From positions 34,821-98,820 of the forward strand of contig JBPCLP010000033.1 in NCBI GenBank assembly GCA_051003195.1: a stretch of 64,000 nucleotides of DNA, read 5' to 3'. The position numbers and the translations under genes were made by a program. Each line of letters starts with the position of its first letter. The stretch's first letter is position 1. Shown here in pieces: positions 28,374 to 37,218 of the stretch. The stretch comes from Candidatus Sumerlaeaceae bacterium. Lineage in GTDB: Bacteria > Sumerlaeota > Sumerlaeia > Sumerlaeales > Sumerlaeaceae. The notes under the pieces are model-generated. The model ran no database searches. It was not told the DNA's origin and worked only from the letters and a program-made list of their open reading frames with translations.

Positions 28374-31300
28374 ATGGGAACACCCACCACTTGCGAGTCG
28401 AGAGGCTCGCGTTTTGCATTTTCTGGACTGCTGCCGGGAAGGCGCGGGCTCCTTCGCAACCTGGCGCTGAGTGCAGTCATGGCACTCGCCGCAATCGCAA
28501 CCGCTGGCGGCCCACTGTCGCCCGTACTGACATACACCACCTCTACAGTCAGCGGCGGTAACGGCAATGGCGTCATTGACGCAAACGAATGTAACGCATT
28601 AAATATTACCATAACGAACGTCGGGGCCGGCCCCGCAACGGGCGCGCCCATTACCGCGACGCTTTCTACCAGCACCCCCGGCGTGACCATCATGTCGGCC
28701 AACAGCACCTACGGAGTCCTCATACCAGTCGGTGGACAGGCCACAAACGACACCCCGTTTTATATCAGCACGGACTCCAGCTTCGTTTGCGGCACGACCA
28801 TCGTAATGACGCTGCAAGTGAACACCCTCGAAGGAATCTTTTTCATTCCGGTCAGCATAGCCACCGGCGTCCAGACGGCGGTCTTCGGCCAGTGCGTGTC
28901 ACCGTCTACAATTGGTGTACCTGACAAGGGTACAGACTTTGAGCAGGTGATGATCAGCGGAATTACAGTGCCTGTCAGCGACCTGGATGTCTCGCTTGTC
29001 ATGCAAAAGGGTGGCCAGTCGCAGCAGAATCTTCAGGAGATGCTGATTCAGATCGGCAACCCCGGCGGCACCACCGTAACCTTGTATGATTTCCCGTCGA
29101 CTGCGCCTGCGGTTAATGCCTCTTACCTTGGCGGCGGATTTAACAATGAGGGATCGCCTGGCAGCCCAGCGATTTTTGACGACGAAGCAACCAAGTCGAT
29201 CAGCACAGTAACTGCCGCTACTGCCAACTTTCCTAATGAGAGGTGGCAGCCGACTTTACCGCTTTCAGCGTTTGATGGTCAGTCTGGTTCCCAGGTCAAT
29301 GGCCTCTGGACCCTGTTAATCAAGGACGAGGAAAACGGACACGGCGGAGCTGATATCCTCGGCTGGTGCATCAGCATCAAAGGCGTGGGTTGCGCGGCCG
29401 CTCCCGGTGCGTGTTCTGATTGCAACAACGACGGCATCCCTGACCAGTTCTCTGCGGACGCCGACAATGACGGCACGCCAGACGTCTGCGACAACTGCGA
29501 CAACGATCCGAACAAGATCGAGCCAGGCATCTGCGGTTGCGGCGTAGCCGATACCGATACCGACGCTGACAACACGGCCGACTGCCTCGACAACTGCGAC
29601 AACGATCCGCTCAAGACGGAGCCGGGTCAGTGTGGTTGCGGTGTAGCCGATACCGACACCGACGCGGACAATACTGCCGACTGTAACGACAACTGCGACA
29701 ACGATCCGAACAAGATCGACCCAGGCATCTGCGGCTGCGGAGTCGCCGATATCGATACGGATGGCGATGAGACGGCGGACTGCCTCGACAACTGCGACAA
29801 TGACCCGTTGAAGACGGAAGCAGGTCAGTGCGGTTGCGGTGTAGCCGATACAGACACCGACGCTGACAACACGGCGGACTGTAACGACAACTGCGACTTG
29901 GATCCGAACAAGCTTGAGCCGGGTCAGTGCGGATGCGGCGTTGCCGATACCGATACAGACGCGGATAACACGGCCGACTGCAACGACAACTGCGACAATG
30001 ATCCGAACAAACTTGAGCCGGGTCAGTGCGGATGCGGTGTAGCCGATACCGACACCGACGCGGACAACACGGCCGACTGCAACGACAACTGCGACAATGA
30101 CCCTGACAAGATCGACCCAGGCATCTGCGGCTGCGGAGTCGCCGATAACGATTCGGATGGCGATCAGACGGCGGACTGCCTCGACAACTGCGACAACGAT
30201 CCGTTGAAGACGGAAGCGGGTCAGTGCGGTTGCGGTGTAGCCGATACAGACACCGACGCTGACAACACGGCCGACTGCAACGACAACTGCGATAATGATC
30301 CGCTCAAGACGGAGCCGGGCATCTGTGGTTGCGGCGTAGCCGACACGGATACCGACAGTGCTCACACCTCCGAATGCCTCGAAGACTGCGCCCACGATCC
30401 GCTCAAGACGGAGCCGGGCATCTGTGGTTGCGGTGTAGCCGATACCGATACCGACAGTGATAACACCGCCGACTGCCTCGACAACTGCGACAACGATCCG
30501 CTCAAGACGGAGCCGGGCATCTGTGGTTGCGGCGTAGCCGACACCAATGCGGATAATGACGCGCTTGCCGATTGTCTCGACAACTGCGATACCGATCCGC
30601 TGAAGACTGAGCCGGGCATCTGTGGTTGCGGCGTAGCCGATACCAATACGGACAACGACGGGCTTGCGGATTGCCTCGACAACTGCGACAATGATCCGTT
30701 GAAGACCCAACCGGGTCAGTGCGGATGCGGCGTTGCCGATACCGACACGGACAATGACGGTACCGCCGACTGCAACGACAACTGCGATACCGATCCGTTT
30801 AAGACCGAACCTGGTGATTGCGGCTGTAATAACTCGGGCGAGTCGGACATCGACAATGACGGTGTAACTGATTGTAACGAACTCTGCGACAACGATCCAT
30901 TGAAGACCCAGCCGGGCCAGTGCGGTTGCGGAGTACCGGACACGGACACCGACGCTGACAACACTGCTGACTGTCTCGATAACTGCGACAATGATCCGAA
31001 CAAGATTGGACCGGGAATCTGCGGTTGCGGTACACCCGACACCGATTCGGATGGTGATGAGACAGTCGACTGCCTTGACAACTGCGACAACGATCCGTCG
31101 AAGACCCAGCCGGGCATCTGCGGTTGCGGTGTAGCGGATATCGACAGTGACGCCGATAACACAGCGGACTGCCTCGATAACTGCGACAATGATCCGAACA
31201 AGATTGGACCGGGTATCTGCGGTTGCGGTACACCTGACACCAATACGGATAATGACGCGCTTGCCGATTGTCTGGACAACTGCGACACCGATCCGTTGAA

Positions 31301-33155
31301 GACTCAGCCGGGCATCTGCGGTTGTGGCACACCCGACACCAATACGGATAATGACGGGCTTGCGGATTGCCTCGACAACTGCGACAACGATCCGTTGAAG
31401 ACCGAGCCGGGCATCTGCGGCTGCGGTGTAGCGGATACCGACAGTGACGCCGATAACACGGCGGACTGCCTCGATAACTGCGACAACGATCCGTTGAAGA
31501 CCGAGCCGGGCATCTGCGGTTGCGGGGTTACAGATGTCGATACGGACGGCGATGAGACCGTCGACTGCCTCGACGGCTGCGACAATGATCCGACCAAGAC
31601 CCAGCCGGGCATTTGCGGTTGCGGTGTGTCGGATGTCGACAGCGATTTCGATGGAACGGTTGATTGCATCGATAACTGCGACACTGACTTCTTCAAGACC
31701 GAACCCGGTCAGTGCGGGTGCGGTGTGTTTGACTCCGACTTTGACGGTGATCAGACACCCGATTGCATCGACAACTGCGACTTCGACATCTTGAAGACTG
31801 AGCCGGGCGCATGCGGCTGCGGCACTTCGGATATCAACAGCGACGGTGATGCGCAGCCCGATTGTATCGACAACTGCGACTTGGATCCGAACAAGACCGA
31901 GCCTGGGCTCTGCGGCTGCAACATTTCGGATACCAACACCGACGGCGACGCACAGCCGGATTGCATCGACAACTGCGACCTGGATCCGTTAAAGACTGAA
32001 CCTGGTCAGTGCGGTTGCGGAGTTGCCGACACCGATACCGACGGCGACAAAGTACCGGATTGCACCGACAACTGCGACTTGGATCCGTCCAAGACCGAAC
32101 CCGGGCTCTGCGGCTGCGGAATTGCGGATATCAACAGCGACGGTGACGCACAGCCGGATTGCATCGACAACTGCGACCTGGATCCGAACAAGACCGAACC
32201 TGGGCTCTGCGGCTGCAACATTTCGGATACCAACACCGACGGCGACGCACAGCCAGATTGCATCGACAACTGCGACTTGGATCCGACCAAGACCGAGCCG
32301 GGGCTCTGCGGCTGCAACATTTCGGATACCAACACCGACGGCGACGCACAGCCAGATTGCATCGACAACTGCGACACCGATCCTCTGAAGCTGGAGGCCG
32401 GTGAGTGCGGCTGCAACGTACCTGAGACCTGCAACGACCTCAGTGACCTTGAGCTCTCGAAAGACGCGTCTGTAACGACGGCCGAAGCACCTGCCCTGAT
32501 CACTTACACGATTACGGTAACGAACAACGGCCCGAACACACAGACCAACGTCACGGTAACCGACCAGTTGCCGACGAACACCGAGTTCGTCAGCAGTGAC
32601 CACACGGTCGTCCAGTCTGGCCAGGAACTGACCATCGGACTCGGCACTATGGTAGCCGGGCAGACCGAAGTGATCACCATCATTGTACGTGCGACCGGAC
32701 CGCTGGGCCCAATCGCGAACGTTGCAACGGTGGACGGCGATCTTCCGGATGCCAATCCAACCAACGATACAGATGATGCCATAGTCGACGTCGTCTCCAT
32801 CTGCGGAACGGATCTTGTGCCGAACCTGCTGGTGCCACCAGGCATCACAAGGTCGACCACGGGCCTCAAGGGCACGTTGAACGTGTGCAACATCGGCAAC
32901 CACACCACCAAGGTTAAGAGCCTGGTGCGCGTGTACCTGTCCGATGACAACACGCTCGACGTCACCGATACACTGCTGCAGACCAAGACGGTGAAAGCCA
33001 TCCGCGTCCAGGTGTGCAAGAAGGTGAAGATCTCGATCAAGCTGCCGGCCGGCACCATCCTGAGTGGCAAGTTCCTGCACTTCCAGGTCGACGCCTCCGA
33101 CGTGATCGGCGAGCTCCGCGAGAACAACAACGTCCAGACCATTGGACCACTATAA
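28374..33155 (+). CDS. large secreted Cys/Asp-rich repeat protein (P-domain-like region, ~30 thrombospondin-type-3-like 33-aa repeats, DUF11-like and CARDB/Ig-like C-terminal domains)
   Basis: SD GAGGAG before the ATG at 28374; signal peptide; LSAFDG..NGLWTL.IKD....G..GWCI P-domain-like motif; repeats DCxDNCDxDPxKTEPGxCGCGxxDxDxDxD; DLELSK..ITYTITVTNNGP..VTVTDQLP DUF11-like motif. Confidence 0.85.
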   Translation: MGTPTTCESRGSRFAFSGLLPGRRGLLRNLALSAVMALAAIATAGGPLSPVLTYTTSTVSGGNGNGVIDANECNALNITITNVGAGPATGAPITATLSTSTPGVTIMSANSTYGVLIPVGGQATNDTPFYISTDSSFVCGTTIVMTLQVNTLEGIFFIPVSIATGVQTAVFGQCVSPSTIGVPDKGTDFEQVMISGITVPVSDLDVSLVMQKGGQSQQNLQEMLIQIGNPGGTTVTLYDFPSTAPAVNASYLGGGFNNEGSPGSPAIFDDEATKSISTVTAATANFPNERWQPTLPLSAFDGQSGSQVNGLWTLLIKDEENGHGGADILGWCISIKGVGCAAAPGACSDCNNDGIPDQFSADADNDGTPDVCDNCDNDPNKIEPGICGCGVADTDTDADNTADCLDNCDNDPLKTEPGQCGCGVADTDTDADNTADCNDNCDNDPNKIDPGICGCGVADIDTDGDETADCLDNCDNDPLKTEAGQCGCGVADTDTDADNTADCNDNCDLDPNKLEPGQCGCGVADTDTDADNTADCNDNCDNDPNKLEPGQCGCGVADTDTDADNTADCNDNCDNDPDKIDPGICGCGVADNDSDGDQTADCLDNCDNDPLKTEAGQCGCGVADTDTDADNTADCNDNCDNDPLKTEPGICGCGVADTDTDSAHTSECLEDCAHDPLKTEPGICGCGVADTDTDSDNTADCLDNCDNDPLKTEPGICGCGVADTNADNDALADCLDNCDTDPLKTEPGICGCGVADTNTDNDGLADCLDNCDNDPLKTQPGQCGCGVADTDTDNDGTADCNDNCDTDPFKTEPGDCGCNNSGESDIDNDGVTDCNELCDNDPLKTQPGQCGCGVPDTDTDADNTADCLDNCDNDPNKIGPGICGCGTPDTDSDGDETVDCLDNCDNDPSKTQPGICGCGVADIDSDADNTADCLDNCDNDPNKIGPGICGCGTPDTNTDNDALADCLDNCDTDPLKTQPGICGCGTPDTNTDNDGLADCLDNCDNDPLKTEPGICGCGVADTDSDADNTADCLDNCDNDPLKTEPGICGCGVTDVDTDGDETVDCLDGCDNDPTKTQPGICGCGVSDVDSDFDGTVDCIDNCDTDFFKTEPGQCGCGVFDSDFDGDQTPDCIDNCDFDILKTEPGACGCGTSDINSDGDAQPDCIDNCDLDPNKTEPGLCGCNISDTNTDGDAQPDCIDNCDLDPLKTEPGQCGCGVADTDTDGDKVPDCTDNCDLDPSKTEPGLCGCGIADINSDGDAQPDCIDNCDLDPNKTEPGLCGCNISDTNTDGDAQPDCIDNCDLDPTKTEPGLCGCNISDTNTDGDAQPDCIDNCDTDPLKLEAGECGCNVPETCNDLSDLELSKDASVTTAEAPALITYTITVTNNGPNTQTNVTVTDQLPTNTEFVSSDHTVVQSGQELTIGLGTMVAGQTEVITIIVRATGPLGPIANVATVDGDLPDANPTNDTDDAIVDVVSICGTDLVPNLLVPPGITRSTTGLKGTLNVCNIGNHTTKVKSLVRVYLSDDNTLDVTDTLLQTKTVKAIRVQVCKKVKISIKLPAGTILSGKFLHFQVDASDVIGELRENNNVQTIGPL
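29481..32432 (+). repeat. coding tandem repeat array, about 30 x 99 bp
   Basis: Counted about 30 consecutive 33-aa units (one is 34 aa) in the translation. Confidence 0.95.
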
Positions 33156-33181
33156 CAAAATCGGCTAAGTTTTAGCCAAAC

Positions 33182-33218
33182 GGGCGGCGCTGCATTAGCA
33201 GCGCCGCCCTTTCTTTTT
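33182..33218 (+). terminator. intrinsic terminator
   Basis: GGGCGGCGCTGC-ATTA-GCAGCGCCGCCC followed by TTTCTTTTT. Confidence 0.9.
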
Positions 33219-33490
33219 GTAACCAGCTAAGTCGAATACTGCTTCCCCGCAATTCTCGACTGGTGTAATAGGTGATCAGGCGCCGTTACTTCTTTGCGAC
33301 GGCGGACGCTGCTGCCCGATGCGACCAGGCATTTGCCCACACCAGCGCGAGCACCTTCGCACCATCTCCCCACGCAATAGTTTGGTCTCCTGTATCCCTC
33401 CACTCGCAATGGGTGGCATACGGGCAATGATCCTGCGGCAGCTCTCAACAACTCACCCCACTGCGGTGTCGCCGCGCCCTGCTACAATAG

Positions 33491-33521
33491 GAAAGGCCAC
33501 CCAAGAAGAAGGTGGCCTTTC
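33491..33521. terminator. hairpin, probable terminator of the small peptide gene
   Basis: GAAAGGCCACC-N9-GGTGGCCTTTC perfect 11-bp stem, about 30 bp downstream of the 33554 stop. Confidence 0.7.
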
Positions 33522-33553
33522 GCTGCTATCTTTTTAGAAACTACTATAAGCTG

Positions 33554-33724
33554 TTACTGAGGCGGAGGCGCGCAGTCTCCACCAGGACAACTGATAATGG
33601 CACCTGCGTAATGAACCTGCCGCTCGACATCGTCAGCGCTCAGTACCAGTTCAATACGTGGTGCTTCGTAGCTGCCGGCGTTGTTCAGACCAGCGTTATT
33701 GTTATGAGAAGATGATGTAAGCAC
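33554..33724 (-). CDS. putative RiPP precursor peptide, 56 aa, not in the ORF track
   Basis: Manual translation MLTSSSHNNNAGLNNAGSYEAPRIELVLSADDVERQVHYAGAIISCPGGDCAPPPQ; GTG start with SD-like AAGGGA; YxxPxI leader motif; downstream hairpin. Confidence 0.7.
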   Translation of the reverse strand: MLTSSSHNNNAGLNNAGSYEAPRIELVLSADDVERQVHYAGAIISCPGGDCAPPPQ

Positions 33725-33862
33725 GTAAGTTCCCTTTTTTCCAGTGGCTACCTAAGGTTAACGCAGCCTATTCAATGTGTTCGCGGGGCTGCGTCAAGTC
33801 ATAAAGCACAAAAAACAGCACAAATTTGCAGCGCCCGGTCCGGTTATCCACAGGCATGAAAA

Positions 33863-34462
33863 TCATTCCTGTAGCGGTGTGTTCCAGTAAGCATTATCGA
33901 TAAACTTTTGCCAAAGGCTGCTCTCGATAGTGCGCGTGCTGTACTGGCTACAGGCCAGCCAATGCGGCTTCTTCGGCTCGGTACGCAGCTTCAAGCCGGC
34001 CTCGCCCGGCAGCTTGCTACCCTTACGGGTATTGCACCGGATACACGCCAGCACCACATTCTCCCATGTCGTTTTGCCCCCGCGGCTGCGCGGCAGGATA
34101 TGGTCGATCGTGATCTCGTCCTTGGGCGGCAGAATACCGCAATACTGGCACGTATGGTCGTCGCGCAGGTAGATATTGCGCCGCGAAAACTTCACCTGCC
34201 GCGGTGGAAACTTGTTAAAGCGCGACAGCATGATCACTTCCGGGATCGCAATCTGGTAGGACGGCGTCGTGATCTTCTTCATCGTATCGATGTACGCCGA
34301 CAGCTCGCGCCAGCTCTGAAAATCGTGGGTAGCGTAGTCTTCAGTCACGACCTTCGCGTGGTCGCCGTAGAGAAGAATGAGTGCGCGGCGCGCAGTGGTT
34401 ACGTGCACCGCCGTCCAGTGGCGGTTGAGAACCAGTACACTTGTGTTTAGCAGGCTCTGCAT
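33863..34462 (-). CDS. HNH endonuclease (standalone McrA-like, VLVLN type)
   Basis: VLVLN...RRA..LL; FSRRNIYLRDDHTCQYCG; TIDHILPRSRGGKTTWENVVLACIRCNTRKG. Confidence 0.93.
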   Translation of the reverse strand: MQSLLNTSVLVLNRHWTAVHVTTARRALILLYGDHAKVVTEDYATHDFQSWRELSAYIDTMKKITTPSYQIAIPEVIMLSRFNKFPPRQVKFSRRNIYLRDDHTCQYCGILPPKDEITIDHILPRSRGGKTTWENVVLACIRCNTRKGSKLPGEAGLKLRTEPKKPHWLACSQYSTRTIESSLWQKFIDNAYWNTPLQE

Positions 34463-34538
34463 CGTTCCGCGTCTCCAGATTGCCAGATCACAAAGTGGCT
34501 AATTGCAATGCGACGCGGCAACTTTGGGCCTTATTAAG

Positions 34539-34553
34539 GCAAAGTCTATGCCT
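34539..34553 (-). promoter_or_regulatory. possible sigma54 promoter of the HNH gene
   Basis: Minus strand AGGCATAGACTTTGC = GG-N10-GC with TTGC at -12; about 77 bp upstream of the ATG. Confidence 0.4.
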
Positions 34554-34677
34554 TTATTCACAATTGGGAGCTCACTGTGATCTACTGCAAACGGACTAAG
34601 GAAGAACCGCCTGCAGCAAATACTGAAGCTGCACAGACTTCCTGTTAGGCTTATCTCCCGATGGGTTTATTTTGCTG

Positions 34678-35076
34678 CTATTTACCGGCTGTGGGTGTTT
34701 CGCGCTTCATAATTTTTAGTGCGACATCCGTCACACCCGCCCGGTTACACGCCTGTAGCACTTCGGATAAACGGGCCGAGGGAATGTTTGCAGGGACCTG
34801 AATTGCCGCCGAATGCGCGCCGCCCGTGATTGCCGAGAGATGAAATTCCAGTTCCTGCAGCGAACCCATCGTGCTGCCGTTAAGCGACGTGTTCCCCTGC
34901 TCATCCAACACCACCTGTGCTGATGGCGATTGTCGGTTTGACTCGAGACTCAGGTTCAGGCGGCTGCTGGCACTATGCAGCTGGGTTCCGATAAGCAGCA
35001 GCACGAAAACGTTTACCGCCAGCGCCACGAATGGAATCGCCAGCGCAGGTTCGCGAGCGATGTAGTGCGCTTTCAC
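34678..35076 (-). CDS. ExbD/TolR-like protein, divergent
   Basis: Single N-terminal TM; periplasmic domain ending VLQACNRAGVTDVAL as in ExbD; GTGA overlap with the upstream ExbB-like gene. Confidence 0.75.
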   Translation of the reverse strand: MKAHYIAREPALAIPFVALAVNVFVLLLIGTQLHSASSRLNLSLESNRQSPSAQVVLDEQGNTSLNGSTMGSLQELEFHLSAITGGAHSAAIQVPANIPSARLSEVLQACNRAGVTDVALKIMKRETPTAGK

Positions 35077-35537
35077 CGAAACTGTTCCATCTCTGCGCGA
35101 AAAATTCGCGACCTCAGCACCGCGAACGCTGCGTAGCTGAACGCCGCAATCGCCACACCCCAGAACGGCGGAATCAACGCCTGCTGGTAAGCGCGGGTGA
35201 GTGTCTCAAACTGGCGAGCGCCCTGCGACAGCAGTTGAGACTGTACGGGAATAAGTGCGCTAAAGCTGCCAAGGAGTCCAATTAACGGAGCAAGAATGAT
35301 CATTGCCACAAGCGGCTGCAACGTCACGTAAAGCTGCAGCGCGACCGCGTACGCCGCGTCGCTGCGGTTGGATTCCCCTTTTGCCGGTAACTCACCGGCA
35401 GCAGCTGCAATTCCCGCAGGGCGAAGAAGCCAGGCGGCTCGTAGCGCGACAGCCACGCTCACCACCGACGCCGGAACCAGGAGCAACATGCTCCAGCCGC
35501 CATCAAGTACATATCGCACAAGGATTGAGTCCGACAT
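35073..35537 (-). CDS. MotA/TolQ/ExbB proton-channel family protein, divergent and short
   Basis: DGGWSMLLL TM1; APLIGLLGS TM2; ALIP.FWGVAIA TM3; start set at the ATG at 35537. Confidence 0.8.
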   Translation of the reverse strand: MSDSILVRYVLDGGWSMLLLVPASVVSVAVALRAAWLLRPAGIAAAAGELPAKGESNRSDAAYAVALQLYVTLQPLVAMIILAPLIGLLGSFSALIPVQSQLLSQGARQFETLTRAYQQALIPPFWGVAIAAFSYAAFAVLRSRIFRAEMEQFR

Positions 35538-35652
35538 TTCGACAGGTACATTGTGCGGCTGTCTGCCAAGCGCAAGGTTTAGGTGTGTTGGCGTGGGCGA
35601 TCGAATCTGGTTTAGTTTGCGTTCACAGATGAGGCAAAGCGAGACAAACACC

Positions 35653-36969
35653 ATGAGAACCATTTTGCAGAATGCCACCATCCTTGAGTACCATCCACCG
35701 TCTGCACGACAGGGTGACCTGGCAATTCAGGGCGAACTGATCAGTGAATTGCAGCCTGGCACAGCGGACGACAGCGCTCGCAAAGTGGATTGCACGGGCA
35801 AGGTCATCATTCCCGGGCTGGTAGTTGGGCACACGCACTTATACTCCGCGCTGGCCGTCGGCATGCCTCCTCCAAAACGTGCGCCGCGTAACTTCGTTGA
35901 GATCCTCGAAGAAATCTGGTGGAAGCTCGACCGCGCGCTCGATGATGAAGGCGTCTACATGAGCGCCCTTGTCGGCGCCGCCCGTGCGGCCCTGTGCGGC
36001 ACCACATGTTTAACCGATCACCACGCAAGCCCGAATGCGATAAGTGGTTCGCTCAATCGTATCCAGGAGGCTTTGGGTCTCGTCGGACTGCGCGGCGTAC
36101 TGTGTTATGAAGTGACTGACCGCAATGGACCCGAAGGCACACATGCAGGCCTGGAAGAGAATGCGCGCTACTTAAAACAGGCCGGAGCTAACAGAAGCTC
36201 CAATAACACATTTGCAGGTCTGATGGGCGCGCATGCCTCGTTTACCATGAGCGATAGAACACTCCAGGCCACCTCTGAAATCGCAGCTGCCGCGGGGGTG
36301 GGCGTTCACATCCACGTCGCGGAAGACCCGGCCGACATCGAGGACTGCCGCCGCCGCACCGGCGGCAAAGGACTGGTCGATCGCCTCGAGCAATTTGGCA
36401 TAGTGCGCCCCGGTAGCGTTTTCGGACATTGCACGCATCTGGCGCCCGACGAAATTGCACGCGTTCGCGACGCGGGCGTATGGATGGCGCACAACACCCG
36501 CAGCAATATGAACAACTCCGTCGGCTACGCACCCATTGCCGAAATGACAAAAGGCAAACTCGCGCTTGGCACCGACGGCATTGATGGCGATATCTTCCAG
36601 GAGATGAAAACCGCATGGTTTAAATCACGCGATGCAGGCGCGCCCCTGGAATTTGGCGCGCCCATCAACTGGGTTGCCGGTGCCGCGCAGTTAGCTTCCG
36701 AGTGTTTACGTATACCGCTCGGACAACTGCAGCCTGGCTGCGCCGCCGACCTCGTGGTCTTAAACTATGACCAGCTCACACCGCTGACCAACAACAATGC
36801 GCTGGGCCACTGGTTTTTCGGTGTCCAAGCGCGCCACGTCGAATCCGTCATGGTTGGCGGCGAATGGATCATTCGTCATCGGCAGTTCACGAATCCAAAA
36901 GTGCAGCAGGAACTCGAACGCGCCCCTGCTATCGCAGCAAAAGTCTGGGATCGCTTCCAATCTCTCTAA
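35653..36969 (+). CDS. ssnA: SsnA-like metal-dependent amidohydrolase
   Basis: GHTHLYSALA.GMP, ILEEIWWKLDRALD, DHHASP, GAHASFT, HIHVAED, HNTRSNMNN and LGTDG motifs. Confidence 0.85.
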   Translation: MRTILQNATILEYHPPSARQGDLAIQGELISELQPGTADDSARKVDCTGKVIIPGLVVGHTHLYSALAVGMPPPKRAPRNFVEILEEIWWKLDRALDDEGVYMSALVGAARAALCGTTCLTDHHASPNAISGSLNRIQEALGLVGLRGVLCYEVTDRNGPEGTHAGLEENARYLKQAGANRSSNNTFAGLMGAHASFTMSDRTLQATSEIAAAAGVGVHIHVAEDPADIEDCRRRTGGKGLVDRLEQFGIVRPGSVFGHCTHLAPDEIARVRDAGVWMAHNTRSNMNNSVGYAPIAEMTKGKLALGTDGIDGDIFQEMKTAWFKSRDAGAPLEFGAPINWVAGAAQLASECLRIPLGQLQPGCAADLVVLNYDQLTPLTNNNALGHWFFGVQARHVESVMVGGEWIIRHRQFTNPKVQQELERAPAIAAKVWDRFQSL

Positions 36970-36991
36970 AATCCTGCCGAGAACCGGTGTT

Positions 36992-37109
36992 GCCTGGGCC
37001 GACGCAAGCAACTCCCGGGATCACTGCTGAGCCCACCTATCGTTCGGAGTACACACCCGTTCGGAGTACAGGCTTTAGCCTGGGCCGACCCGTGCAATAC
37101 CCGAGGATC
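36992..37109 (+). repeat. REP-like family 2: partial copy (36992-37022) plus full copy (37041-37109)
   Basis: CGTTCGGAGTACA-N-CCGTTCGGAGTACAGGCTTTAGCCTGGGC shared with 4914-4980. Confidence 0.8.
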
Positions 37110-37218
37110 CCTGAGGGGCACACACCCAGTCGAATTTTACACACCCATTCGAATTTACATGCCCGATCTAAACGCACGTCCGATCGCACACACCCCCCAT
37201 TGCATCACACGCCCCAGG

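Noticed and set aside
30360..30395. Diversity-generating retroelement variable region
   Set aside because: Three of the eight changes are not at adenines, there is no reverse transcriptase or non-coding template repeat, and the site is mid-protein.
29481..32432. Regular 99-bp periodicity as a CRISPR array
   Set aside because: The repeats are in-frame coding units with synonymous variation and no unique spacers, and no cas genes are present.
29316..33080. Long antisense ORFs (464 aa, 363 aa and others) opposite the repeat protein, plus many other overlapping ORFs in the track
   Set aside because: They are shadow frames of GC-rich or repetitive coding sequence fully overlapping well-supported genes.
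33227..33451. 74-aa minus-strand ORF downstream of the peptide gene as a RiPP partner
   Set aside because: It has no SD or recognisable motif and lies beyond the terminator-like hairpin.
33844..34562. DnaA boxes (TTATCCACA at 33844, TTATTCACA at 34554, TGTGGAAAA at 27981, and degenerate ones near 51372) as oriC
   Set aside because: The boxes are isolated, with no cluster, no AT-rich unwinding element and no dnaA. A degenerate 9-mer is expected a few times by chance in 64 kb.
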